A DNA stretch of 64,000 nucleotides from Candidatus Caldarchaeum sp. (GCA_038885755.1 JAVZZH010000004.1:32001-96000), one strand, 5' to 3'. Counted from the first letter of the stretch, positions 1 to 9,396 are shown. The notes: a model not told the origin generated them from the letters alone. Numbers and translations: made by a program.

Positions 1-796
1 AGCCGTAGCTCCCGAGCTCAAGATTCTTGCGCCTGTCAGGGAGTGGAACATGAGCAGGGATGAGGAGATAGAGTTCGCCCTAGAGCACAACCTTCCTGTC
101 AACCCCCAGAAGAGCAGGTTCAGCATCGACGAGAACCTCTGGGGCAGGTCTATAGAGGCTGCTGAGCTTGAGGACCCGTGGGCCGAGCCTCCGGAAGAGG
201 CTTTCAAGCTGGTGAAGCCGCTCAGCATGACGCCTGACAAGCCTGAAGAGATAGTGATAGGGTTCGAGGACGGCGTTCCAGTATCTCTGGACGGCAGGAG
301 GATGAACCTCGTCGACATAATCAAGACCCTAAACCAGATTGGAGGTAGTCATGGATACGGTGTTGTCGACCATGTTGAAGACAGAGTTGTTGGGCTGAAG
401 TCAAGAGAGGTCTACGAGCTTCCAGCCGCCCTCATACTCATCAACGCTCACATCGACCTCGAGAAGATGTTCCTAGGCAGGAGGATGCAGGCATTCAAAC
501 AAGTCGTGGACGCGGCGTGGGCCGACATGGTCTACGGAGGGCTTTGGGCCGACCCTCTGAGGAAGGCTCTGGACGCCTTCATAGATAGTTCACAGCTGGG
601 TGTTAACGGCGAGGTGAGGGTTAGGCTTTTCAAGGGAACGATGAGGATCACGGGTAGGAGGGGTGTGAAGCCGCTCTACTCTCGTGAGCAGATAACCTAC
701 GCCCGTGAAAGCGTCTTCGACCAGAAAGCTGGGGAAGGATTCTCAAAGCTGTGGAGTCTGGAGACCAGGCTCAACTCCCTGAGGGAGAAGCAGTAG
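1..796 (+). CDS. argG: Argininosuccinate synthase (5' end outside window)
   Basis: Motifs FSIDENLWGRSIE and EDRVVGLKSREVYE; frame is open from the window edge (APVREW upstream of the called Met); directly followed by argH. Confidence 0.95.
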   Translation, partial: AVAPELKILAPVREWNMSRDEEIEFALEHNLPVNPQKSRFSIDENLWGRSIEAAELEDPWAEPPEEAFKLVKPLSMTPDKPEEIVIGFEDGVPVSLDGRRMNLVDIIKTLNQIGGSHGYGVVDHVEDRVVGLKSREVYELPAALILINAHIDLEKMFLGRRMQAFKQVVDAAWADMVYGGLWADPLRKALDAFIDSSQLGVNGEVRVRLFKGTMRITGRRGVKPLYSREQITYARESVFDQKAGEGFSKLWSLETRLNSLREKQ

Positions 797-797
797 G

Positions 798-2231
798 ATG
801 GAAACCGCCCCACACCGGAGAGGCATATTGGAGAAACAGATGGACAGGTCAGCGGCTTCATACACTTCCTCATCCTCCTTCGACACAGCCATAGCCGACT
901 CGACGATATACGTCAACATAGCTCACATAAGGGCTTTGGAGAAGCTTGGAGTTGTGTCGAAGGATTCAGCAGAAAGAGCGGTAAGGTTTCTGTCTTCGCT
1001 CCTGAAGACTGGCGTGAAAATCCCCGGGGAGGCGGAGGACATACACATAGTCGTCGAGTCGGCTCTCTCGAACCACGTTCCCGAGGTTGGGGAGATGCTG
1101 GCTCTGGGCAAGAGCAGGAACGACGCCGTTGTCGCCGCAGTCAAGATAAAACTCAGGCAGAAGCTCTACGAGCTGGGCCTCAGCCTCCTCGAGACGACCG
1201 AAGCACTCCTGTCTAGGAGCTTAGCAGAGGCGGCCGCCGTCTTCCCCGTATACACCCATCTTCAACGAGCGGCCCCAGCCAGCTTCGGCTTCGTGCTCCA
1301 GTCCTACGCGGTTAGGCTCCTCAAAACCTACCCTTTACTGGAAACCGTTCTGGAGGAGTGTAAGGAGTCTCCCCTCGGCTCTGGACCGGTTGCAGGAACA
1401 TCAGTCCCCCTCGACAGGCAGTATGTCGCAGACCTTCTGGGATTCAGCAGGCTTAGCTTAAACGCTTTGGAGGCGACCGCCTCGAGAGATTTCCTCCTAC
1501 ACACCCTAGCATTAAGCCTCGCCGTCGCAGTGGTCCTCTCGTCGTTCGCGGAGGAGATGGTTGTCTACTCGTCTGAGGAGTTCGGGCTTCTGAGGATGCC
1601 GGAGGAGCTTTCGGCAACGAGCAGCATAATGCCGCAGAAGAGAAACCCCGTGGTGGCGGAGGTGATGAGGACCAAGGCTGCGGAGGCTCTCGCCGGCCTG
1701 ACGGCTGTGGCGGGTATTCTGGCGAGGCAGCCGAGCGGATACAACCTCGACCTCCAGCAGACAACTCCTAAGATGTGGATTGTTCTGGAGCAGGTCAGCG
1801 ATAGCCTTGAGGTTGCCCGTAAACTCGTAAACACAGTCGAGGTAGATTACAGAAGGGCGTTCGACGCTTGCCGACCTCCCACGGCGGCGGTCGAGCTGGC
1901 CAACTACCTGACGCTAAGCCACGGCATAAGCTTCAGAAAAGCACACAGCGTTGCGGGCAAGATAAGCAGGCTCATAGCCCTGAACAACCTCAACCCCGAC
2001 ACTCTGGCCGAGGCGTTCGAGGGGCTTGGCCTGAATATGAGGGTGGATGAAATAATTGCCGTCATGGAGCCTTCCCGAGCTCTCGCCAGATACTCTGCTC
2101 TAGGCTCGGCGAACCCGGACCACGTCAGGGAGGTCTCGTCCAAGCTTCTGGAAGAAACAAGGAGAATGAAGCGAGAGTTGATGGATGAGAGAGACAGGTA
2201 TGCTGAAACTCTCTCGAAGCTTCTAGCCTGA
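798..2231 (+). CDS. argH: Argininosuccinate lyase
   Basis: Fumarase/ASL signature SSIMPQKRNP, plus YTHLQRA, SRND and GYNLDLQ. Confidence 0.95.
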   Translation: METAPHRRGILEKQMDRSAASYTSSSSFDTAIADSTIYVNIAHIRALEKLGVVSKDSAERAVRFLSSLLKTGVKIPGEAEDIHIVVESALSNHVPEVGEMLALGKSRNDAVVAAVKIKLRQKLYELGLSLLETTEALLSRSLAEAAAVFPVYTHLQRAAPASFGFVLQSYAVRLLKTYPLLETVLEECKESPLGSGPVAGTSVPLDRQYVADLLGFSRLSLNALEATASRDFLLHTLALSLAVAVVLSSFAEEMVVYSSEEFGLLRMPEELSATSSIMPQKRNPVVAEVMRTKAAEALAGLTAVAGILARQPSGYNLDLQQTTPKMWIVLEQVSDSLEVARKLVNTVEVDYRRAFDACRPPTAAVELANYLTLSHGISFRKAHSVAGKISRLIALNNLNPDTLAEAFEGLGLNMRVDEIIAVMEPSRALARYSALGSANPDHVREVSSKLLEETRRMKRELMDERDRYAETLSKLLA

Positions 2232-3302
2232 ATCCATCTCCTTGACGAACTCGGAGTAGATTCTGGCCGCGGTCAGGAGGTCGTTTATGTCGATCGACTC
2301 GGCGTCTGTGTGGGCTAGCGTCGAGTCTCCGGGCCCGCATGCAGCTATGTCTTCGGTGACCGCGACTAGGGTGTTCATGTCGCTCGTCCCCGTCTTCTTC
2401 ACTATCCGAGGCTTGAGGTTGAGCTTGAGCATGGCCCTCTGCAGAGCTCTTGCCGCTTTGTTGTTGACGCTCGCGACCACGGGCTCAGTTATGTCAACGA
2501 TCTTGATTACGCAGCCGGTTGACTCGGCGAACTTGTCAAGCTTCGCCAGAATATCCTTGGAGTTGTAGGGGTGGGGGAACCTTATGTTTATGCTTCCCTC
2601 AGCTCTGTCGGGTATCCTGCTTATCCAGTCGCCGGCGTGTATCATGGTCAAAGCCGAGGTGACCTCCTCATACCTCTTACCGCCGAAATCCTGACTAACC
2701 ATCCTCCACAGGTTTAGAATCTTCTCTACTGCCGACTCGGCTATGTAGGGTGCTGAGGCATGGCCTCCCTTGGCTGAAGCCATCACTCTGACGCTTATGC
2801 TCCCCCTGTAGGATACCGCTATGCCGTAAGTTCCGGTTGGCTCGCCTACGACTATGCTGTCAGCTTTGATCTTCTCCTCGACCAGCTTCTTGGCTCCAGC
2901 ACCCATGCCCTCCTCGTCAACCAGCCCCGCCACCACCAGCCTAGAGTTTTTCAGCTTGTCCGACACCATGCTCCCAGCCATGAGCATCGCCGACAACGGG
3001 CCTTTAGCATCGACAGCGCCTCTTCCGTAAATTCTTCCTCCTGAAACCTTTACCCTGAGCTCACCGGGAACAGTGTCGACATGTCCGACGAGCATGGTGG
3101 TCTTCTCACCCTCCCCGACCATGGCGAAGTAGTTCCCCACCTCATCCCGCCATATCTTTGAGTAACCGAGGTCTCCGCAAACCCTGAACCAAGTCCTCTC
3201 CAGCCTTCTCTCCTCTCCCGGAGGCGTGTAGACCTCGAGGAGCTGGACGAGCGTCGCCACCGCCGTCTCCTTGCTTATCTCGCTTGACCTCAGCTCACCC
3301 AA
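2223..3302 (-). CDS. lysK: [LysW]-lysine/[LysW]-ornithine hydrolase (M20 peptidase)
   Basis: GHVDTVPG, GRGAVDAKG, DEE, GEP, GTSDMN and AHT motifs; located in the LysW cluster. Confidence 0.9.
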   Translation of the reverse strand: MGELRSSEISKETAVATLVQLLEVYTPPGEERRLERTWFRVCGDLGYSKIWRDEVGNYFAMVGEGEKTTMLVGHVDTVPGELRVKVSGGRIYGRGAVDAKGPLSAMLMAGSMVSDKLKNSRLVVAGLVDEEGMGAGAKKLVEEKIKADSIVVGEPTGTYGIAVSYRGSISVRVMASAKGGHASAPYIAESAVEKILNLWRMVSQDFGGKRYEEVTSALTMIHAGDWISRIPDRAEGSINIRFPHPYNSKDILAKLDKFAESTGCVIKIVDITEPVVASVNNKAARALQRAMLKLNLKPRIVKKTGTSDMNTLVAVTEDIAACGPGDSTLAHTDAESIDINDLLTAARIYSEFVKEMDSG

Positions 3303-3381
3303 CTGTAGCCGGTTCTTCGTGCTGCTGTTCGATTATAAATGTTTGGATAACTTTTTACGCTCCGGGGAACCATCATCCTGC

Positions 3382-4716
3382 ATGGAAAGAGTAAGAGTTT
3401 TGATAATGGGGGCGGCTGGACGTGACAGGGTTTAGGAGAAACCCCACGAGTTCCACAACTTCAACGTCTTCTTCAGAAACCGCCCCGAATACGAGGTTGT
3501 GGCTTTCACTGCCGCCCAGATACCGGGGATCGCCGGTAGAGTTTATCCTCCGTCGCTGGCCGGCGCTCTTTACCCGGACGGAATACCTGTGTACGACGAG
3601 GCCGACCTTCCTAAGCTGGTGGTTGACAAGAAGGTACAGTTGATCGTCTTTTCATACAGCGACGTGTCTCATCTGGAGGTCATGCACAAGGCGTCGTTGG
3701 CTGTCTCGCTTGGAGCCGACTTCATGCTTCTCGGCCCTCAGTCCACCATGCTAAAGAGCGTCAAGCCGGTCGTAGCTATCACCGGTGTCAAGACCGGAGT
3801 TGGCAAGAGCACCGTCTCTAGGTATGTGGTTAGGCTGCTCCGCCAAAGAGGATTGAGACCCGTGGTCATACGTCATCCCATGCCCTACGGCGAGCTCGAC
3901 AGGCAGGAGGTCCAGAGGTTTGAAAAGCTAGAGGACCTCGACGTGCACCGATGCTCTGTCGAGGAGAGGGAGGAGTATATTCCTCATTTAAGGGAGGGGT
4001 CTGTTGTCTACGCCGGAGTTGACTACGAGAAGGTTTTGAGGAGGGCTGAGTTGGAGGCCGACGTGATTGTCTGGGATGGCGGGAACAACGACTTCCCGTT
4101 CATAGCTCCAGACCTTCACATCACCGTGGTGGATGCGACGCGGCCGGGTCTTGAGACGGAGACCTACCCCGGTGAGGTAAACCTTCTGATGGCCGACGTA
4201 GTCGTCGTGAACAAGGCGGACAAAACTGACCCCGAGAAGCTGGAAATGCTGGTTTCAAAGGTTTCAGCCGTCAACCCTCGGGCGTTTGTGGCGAAGACCG
4301 CCTCCCGACTGCGTGTTGGGGGGAAGGTTGAAGGGTTGAGAGTTTGCGTGGTCGAGGACGGGCCCTCCATCACCCACGGCGGGTTGAGCGTGGGCGCTGC
4401 CTACCATGCGGCGGTTTCGTCCGGGGCCGAGGTTGTGAACCCCAAGCCCTACGCCAAAGGCTTGCTCAAGAAAATATACGACGACTACCCTCACATAGGG
4501 CCCGTGGTTCCGGCGGTAGGCTACAACCAAGACCAGCTCAAGGACCTCAGGGCGACGCTGGAGTCGGTGGACTGCGATGCATTCGTCAGCTCCAGCCCAG
4601 CCGACATCTCGAACCTGCTCGGCCTCAGCAAACCTGTTGTCCAAGTTTGGTACGACGCCGAGGAGGTTGGCGGTGATGTTTTAGCCCATGCTCTCGGAAG
4701 GCTTCGACTTCGCTAG
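3382..4716 (+). CDS. arcE: ArcE arginine synthetase-like protein (cDPG-synthetase-like GTPase family), two exons 3382-3426 and 3451-4716, about 436 aa after splicing
   Basis: ATG at 3382 reads MERVRVLIMGAAGRD, then a 24-nt insert, then FHNFNVFFRNRPEYEVVAFTAAQIPGI in the same frame as the 3499 ORF. Family motifs: KTGVGKS P-loop, RHPMPYG, WDGGNNDFPF, EDGPSITHGG. The ArcE function is inferred from family and context. Confidence 0.8.
3427..3450 (+). other. Probable 24-nt bulge-helix-bulge (BHB) intron in a protein-coding gene
   Basis: Outer helix TGGA(3417-20)/TCCA(3452-55); central 4-bp helix CGTG(3421-24)/CACG(3445-48); 3-nt bulges ACA(3425-27) and AGT(3449-51); inner stem GGGTTT/AAACCC; in-frame TAG at 3433-35. 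Cutting at AC^A and AG^T gives GAC-TTC (D-F). Confidence 0.9.
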
Positions 4717-5868
4717 GTATTCGACGCAGCTGTCGCCTATGACTTGGACGGCCTTCTTTATGTCGTTCTCGGTTATGAGGTATGGCGGCAGTAGACGGAG
4801 AACGGTAAGCCCCGCCTTGAACGCTATCAACCCATTCCTCTGCAGCAGTTTTATGAAGCCGCTCGGCTGCATGCGCATCTCAAGCCCTATCATCAAGCCC
4901 GACCTCCTCAGCTGTCGGAAGACCTGACGGTTCTGCTCAACGAGCCCCGCCAGCATTTCACCCAGCACAGCCCCCTTCTCAGCAGCTTGGTCAGGCACAT
5001 GCTCGTCGAGAAGAACATCCACAGCCGCCGAGACCGCTGCAAAGGCCAGCGGGTTTCCGCCGTAGGTTGACCCGTGGTCGGTCTCCTTCAGCCTCGAAGC
5101 AACCTCCTCCGTCGCAGCTACGAAGCTTGCCGGAAACCCTCCGCCGATGGCTTTAGCAGCTGTCATAAAGTCGGGCTTAACCCCCGCCTTCTGATGGGCC
5201 CAGACTAGACCGGTTCTGCCGAACCCTGACTGAACTTCGTCAACTATCAGCAGGGCCCCTACCTCTCTGCAACGTCTTTCGACGGCTTTCAGGAATTCAT
5301 CGCTGGCTGGAACTATTCCACCCTCTCCCTGAACCGGCTCGACGATCACGGCGGCGAACTCCTCGTTGAGCTTCTCCTCGACAGCCGACGGGTCGTTGTA
5401 GGGTGTGAAAACCGTTTCGAACGGGAATGGTTCGAACCCCTCTCGATACTTCGGGTTCCACGTGGCTGAAAGCGCAGCCATCGTCCTTCCGTGGAAGCTG
5501 TTGATGAAAGCCAAGACCTTCCTCCTACCCGTTATCTTCCTAGCGGCTTTCAGAGCCAGCTCAACAGCCTCGGAGCCGCTGTTCATGAAGTAGACTCTCT
5601 CCAGATGATTTGGGAGGATTTTGCCGAGCTTCTCCAAACACTCTTGCTTGACTTCTGTGTCGAAGGACGGCGGAACTGTGATATACTTCTCCATCTGCTC
5701 CCGTAGAGCCTTCACTATCCTTGGGTGTCTATGGCCTAGGAAGGCGACGCCGTATCCTGTGTAGAAGTCAAGGTACTGCCTGCCCGTGTCGTCCCAGACA
5801 TACTGCCCCTCCGCCCTGACGATTTTCAGTTCTCTCGGAGAGGCGAATGGAATAAGACGCACATTCAT
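4681..5868 (-). CDS. lysJ: [LysW]-semialdehyde transaminase (class III aminotransferase)
   Basis: NSGSEAVE, FHGRT, EPVQGEGG, DEVQSGFGRTG, AKAIGGG and HGSTYGGNP motifs. Confidence 0.92.
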   Translation of the reverse strand: MNVRLIPFASPRELKIVRAEGQYVWDDTGRQYLDFYTGYGVAFLGHRHPRIVKALREQMEKYITVPPSFDTEVKQECLEKLGKILPNHLERVYFMNSGSEAVELALKAARKITGRRKVLAFINSFHGRTMAALSATWNPKYREGFEPFPFETVFTPYNDPSAVEEKLNEEFAAVIVEPVQGEGGIVPASDEFLKAVERRCREVGALLIVDEVQSGFGRTGLVWAHQKAGVKPDFMTAAKAIGGGFPASFVAATEEVASRLKETDHGSTYGGNPLAFAAVSAAVDVLLDEHVPDQAAEKGAVLGEMLAGLVEQNRQVFRQLRRSGLMIGLEMRMQPSGFIKLLQRNGLIAFKAGLTVLRLLPPYLITENDIKKAVQVIGDSCVEYLAKSKPSESMG

Positions 5869-6710
5869 CTACGTACTACTCTCTCCGTCTCAGCAATTAT
5901 CTTACCAGCTAGGTCGTAGCCTGTGGCGAGCACCGTGTTCCTGAACTCGACGACTCCGTTGACCTCGTTCACAAGCATGCCCTTCACAGGCGACTCCATG
6001 ATGTCGACTCCTAGAACCCCTCCACCCATCGCATCACCAGCCCTTACGACAAGCTCCCGCAGCTCGTCCGAAACAGGGCAGGGCTGAGCCTTGGCGCCGA
6101 GAGCCGTGTTGGTTTTCCAGTTCTTGCTCACCCTGTAGATGGCTACCGGAACATCCCCCCAGACGTAGAAGGCTCTGATGTCTCTCTCCGGTTTGTCGAT
6201 GTGCTCTTGGATGTAGTGTATCTTCATCTGCGGGTTGTTCATGTTCTCCCTCAGGTCGAGTATGTCTGAGAGGGATTGTTCGTCGAACGCTCGGGCTATC
6301 ATCCTACCCCAGCTGCCTGACACAGGTTTCACCACCACCGGAAACCCGATCTTCTTGGCGACAGACAGGGCTGTCTCCCTCTTCAAGGCTATGGCTGTGG
6401 TGGGCGTTGGTATGTTGTTTCTGGAGAGGATGCACGTGGTTATCAGCTTGTCTGCTGCGTTGCGTAGGACGTTGAGGTTGTTGACGACGAAGCATCCAGC
6501 CCTCTCGAAGACCGCGGTAGTCGCGAGCGCCCTGTTGAAGCTCACGCATCTCTGCACTATGAAGTCGACGTCGTAGCCGTTGGCCTCGTTCAGCCAGAAC
6601 TCGCGGTCGGTTACGTGAATAGGCTGCACCGTGTGGCCTAGGGTGTTGGCTGCATGAAGCAGGGCCTTCTCCTCAAACCTAATGACGTCGTACGAAAGCC
6701 CGACCCTCAT
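5865..6710 (-). CDS. lysX: LysX/ArgX ATP-grasp LysW ligase
   Basis: RimK/LysX motifs KPVSGSWGR, YIQEHIDKPERDIR, WKTNTALG and NEVNGVVEF; directly downstream of lysW. Confidence 0.92.
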   Translation of the reverse strand: MRVGLSYDVIRFEEKALLHAANTLGHTVQPIHVTDREFWLNEANGYDVDFIVQRCVSFNRALATTAVFERAGCFVVNNLNVLRNAADKLITTCILSRNNIPTPTTAIALKRETALSVAKKIGFPVVVKPVSGSWGRMIARAFDEQSLSDILDLRENMNNPQMKIHYIQEHIDKPERDIRAFYVWGDVPVAIYRVSKNWKTNTALGAKAQPCPVSDELRELVVRAGDAMGGGVLGVDIMESPVKGMLVNEVNGVVEFRNTVLATGYDLAGKIIAETERVVRR

Positions 6711-6713
6711 CTA

Positions 6714-6890
6714 CTACTGTCCCCAGTCTTCCGCAACCTCTTCGGCGACTCTCAACGAATTTCCTCCCTTCTCGTCGGTGTAGAACTCGAGCTGAGCTCC
6801 ACATTCACCGCACTCGAAAAGCTCTCCCGGCAAGGAGTCCGACGGAACGTCAACATTACCCCCGCAGACCGGGCAGGCTATGTTGACCAC
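6714..6890 (-). CDS. lysW: LysW amino-group carrier protein (58 aa, absent from the ORF track)
   Basis: Hand translation from GTG: MVNIACPVCGGNVDVPSDSLPGELFECGECGAQLEFYTDEKGGNSLRVAEEVAEDWGQ. It has two CxxC motifs, an EDWG tail and an upstream AGGTGA RBS. Confidence 0.93.
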   Translation of the reverse strand: MVNIACPVCGGNVDVPSDSLPGELFECGECGAQLEFYTDEKGGNSLRVAEEVAEDWGQ

Positions 6891-6994
6891 GCTTGTTCAC
6901 CTTTACTTGTTTCGTAAAGCCTTAATATAAATCGTTGTGTTTAGCCGGGTTTTTTTACGTTTATCTTAAAGACATGACGGCAGTTGAAGCAGGG

Positions 6995-7801
6995 TTATTG
7001 TATCGTCGAACCAGCCACGACAGTACCTTCACCCTTGTCCGCCCTGCCGAGCGGGTCTTCGACCAAGCCCGAGCAGATGTGCGCCGTCCTTACGCCGGCA
7101 GAGACAGCGTTTACTGCCATCAACACCTTTCTGTTCATGCCCGGACCTATCTTTTCCAGCAGAGCCCTAGCCTCGTCGACGGTTAGCCGTGGAACGACTC
7201 TTCCGTCGATAATAACGCCCTCGACGTCCGTGAGGAGGTAAAGCTTCTCAGCTCTCAAGGCTGATGCAACGGCTGAAGCAGCCGAGTCGCCGTCGATGTT
7301 GAGCATCTCTCCCTCGTCGCCTAAGGCCAGCGGTGTGATTATCAGCAGGAAGTGCATGTCCAAGAGCCTCTTCAGAGACTCGGCGTCGACATGCGTGATG
7401 GCTCCGGTGTAGCCGCCGTCTACAATCCTCTTCCTCCCCCTCTCGTCGACGATGACGATCTTCTTCTTCCTCTGAGCCCTAATCAACCCAGCGTCGACTC
7501 CCGCAAGATTCAGCGTCTTCACACCTCTTCCGTTGAGGTATGCTGACATCGACTTACCCAGCTTCCCAGCCATGACCATGGCATAAACTTCGAGCTCACG
7601 CTCGTCGGTGAGCCTGCTCCTGATGCCCGAAGGCGAGGTAACTATCTTGGGCACGAGGCCCAGCTTCTCCTCGTACTCGGAGACTACGTCGCCTCCACCG
7701 TGGACGAAGACCACCCCGTCGCCCGACCTAGCCGCGACAGAGTCGAGAATTCTGTTCATGTTAGCCGTCAAAGCTCTTCCGCCGGCCTTCACGACGATCA
7801 T
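6995..7801 (-). CDS. lysZ: [LysW]-aminoadipate/glutamate kinase
   Basis: VVKAGG, VHGGG, SPSGIRSRLTD, LNIDGD and GMNRKV motifs. Confidence 0.92.
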   Translation of the reverse strand: MIVVKAGGRALTANMNRILDSVAARSGDGVVFVHGGGDVVSEYEEKLGLVPKIVTSPSGIRSRLTDERELEVYAMVMAGKLGKSMSAYLNGRGVKTLNLAGVDAGLIRAQRKKKIVIVDERGRKRIVDGGYTGAITHVDAESLKRLLDMHFLLIITPLALGDEGEMLNIDGDSAASAVASALRAEKLYLLTDVEGVIIDGRVVPRLTVDEARALLEKIGPGMNRKVLMAVNAVSAGVRTAHICSGLVEDPLGRADKGEGTVVAGSTIQ

Positions 7802-7832
7802 GGTCTTGCCTACGGGAATTCTCCTAAAAAGC

Positions 7833-8888
7833 TTAAGCTGGCCTGAGTGGGGGATGCCTCAAGCCCTCAGCCTCGTCGAAGCCGAGCATGATGTTCATGC
7901 ACTGCACCGCTTGGCCAGCGGCTCCCTTCATCAAGTTGTCTATGGCTGTGAACAGGGCTGCACGGGATATTCTCTTCTCAACCGCGAACCCCACGTCGGC
8001 AAAGTTGCTTCCTATGACGTACTTTGGGTCTGGGTACTTGAACGGAGCGCCTCTCACTATTCTGACGAAGATTTCCTTGCCGTATCTCTGTGCGTATGTC
8101 CTCCAGACCTTTGCTTCGTCGACGCCGTCGACAACCCAGACGTGGGATGTTGCGAGAGCTCCTCTCACGCTTCCGACCGCGTGCGGCACCAAGGCGAGGT
8201 TGACGCTGCGGCCGGCTATCCTTGACAGCTCTTGCTCAACTTCGGCAACGTGCCTGTGGCCCTCGGCTTCGTAAGGCCTCATGACGTTTGCCCTCTCTGG
8301 GTGGTGCGTTCCAAGGGAGGGCTTGATTCCCGCCTCGCTGCTGCCCACCTTGACGTCTATCGCTATGTGGTCGAGGTTTATCAGACGTGCTTCGACAGCT
8401 GGAAGCAGCGACAGCAGGGCGGCGGTCGAGTTGCATCCGGGGCAGGCGACGAGGCTGGAGCTTTTTATCTTCTCCCTGTATATCTCCGGAAGGCCGTAAA
8501 CGGCTTTCTCGAGGAGCTCGGGATGTGGGTGCTCCGTCTGATACCAATACCGGTAGTCCTCGGGGTTTTTGAGCCTGAAGTCGGCGCTCAGGTCGACAAC
8601 CTTCAGGCCGCGCTCGAGCAGCAACGGTGTAAGTGTAGATGAGACGCCGTGAGGCGTGTTGACGAACACAACCTCGCACTTCCTCGCTGCTTCCTCAACA
8701 GAAACTTCTGAAAACTTCAGACCCGTGTAGAAACCTCTCAGGTTCGGGTGAATTGCTGTCAGAGGCTTGCCTGCATACTCTCTCGAGGTCACGTAGACGA
8801 CCTCTACCTTGGAGTGTGTCGCCAAGATCCTCAGCAACTCGCCTCCCGTGTAGCCGGAGCCTCCTATCACTCCAACCCCGACCGACAT
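7833..8888 (-). CDS. lysY: [LysW]-aminoadipyl/glutamyl-phosphate reductase (ArgC family)
   Basis: GGSGYTGGE, DLSADFRL, YGLPE, PGCNSTA and DNLMKGAAGQAVQ motifs. Confidence 0.93.
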   Translation of the reverse strand: MSVGVGVIGGSGYTGGELLRILATHSKVEVVYVTSREYAGKPLTAIHPNLRGFYTGLKFSEVSVEEAARKCEVVFVNTPHGVSSTLTPLLLERGLKVVDLSADFRLKNPEDYRYWYQTEHPHPELLEKAVYGLPEIYREKIKSSSLVACPGCNSTAALLSLLPAVEARLINLDHIAIDVKVGSSEAGIKPSLGTHHPERANVMRPYEAEGHRHVAEVEQELSRIAGRSVNLALVPHAVGSVRGALATSHVWVVDGVDEAKVWRTYAQRYGKEIFVRIVRGAPFKYPDPKYVIGSNFADVGFAVEKRISRAALFTAIDNLMKGAAGQAVQCMNIMLGFDEAEGLRHPPLRPA

Positions 8889-8964
8889 GCGTTGCGTAGT
8901 CGCGAGGTCTAAGCTTTAACCATTATGTAAAGCCTATAACAAGCCCTTACATCAGTTATGGCCG

Positions 8965-9396
8965 ATGTCCACGTCCGTCGATGACATCGACAGAGCGATC
9001 ATCGACATTCTGAAGAGGGATTCCCGGACAAACTTCACCGACATAGCTAAGAAGCTCAACCTATCGGAGGGAGCTGTCCGTAGACGAGTCAAGAACCTCG
9101 TCGACAGAGGTGTGATAAAGGCTTTCACGCTAGAGCTCGCTAGGGAATACTCCGTGATGGCCGTCACGTTTGTTTCTGTGTCGCCGGCGGTCCCCACGCC
9201 CGAGGTGGCTGACAAGCTTGTGAAAATAAACGGCGTCGAGGAGGTTTACGAGATAACTGGAACCGTGGACGTCATGGCGTTGATATCGGTTCCTTCGATG
9301 AACGACTTGAACAAGGTCATCGAGGACATTAGAAACGTCAACGGCGTGTCGGAGACGAACACTTCGATAGTTCTACGTGTTTTGAGGAAGCCTTAA
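8965..9396 (+). CDS. lysM: Lrp/AsnC-family regulator, LysM-like
   Basis: HTH IAKKLNLSEGAVRRRVKNL plus RAM domain with YEITG; divergent from lysY. Confidence 0.8.
   Translation: MSTSVDDIDRAIIDILKRDSRTNFTDIAKKLNLSEGAVRRRVKNLVDRGVIKAFTLELAREYSVMAVTFVSVSPAVPTPEVADKLVKINGVEEVYEITGTVDVMALISVPSMNDLNKVIEDIRNVNGVSETNTSIVLRVLRKP

Noticed and set aside
3433-3435. Amber readthrough (pyrrolysine-like) or simple nonsense pseudogene in the ArcE-like gene
   Set aside because: Readthrough would leave 8 extra residues inside a conserved motif. The exact BHB geometry and clean restoration of the motif favour splicing, and the rest of the ORF is intact.
3499-4716. ORF-track start at 3499
   Set aside because: It omits the conserved N-terminal GAAGRDFHNFN region encoded from ATG 3382.
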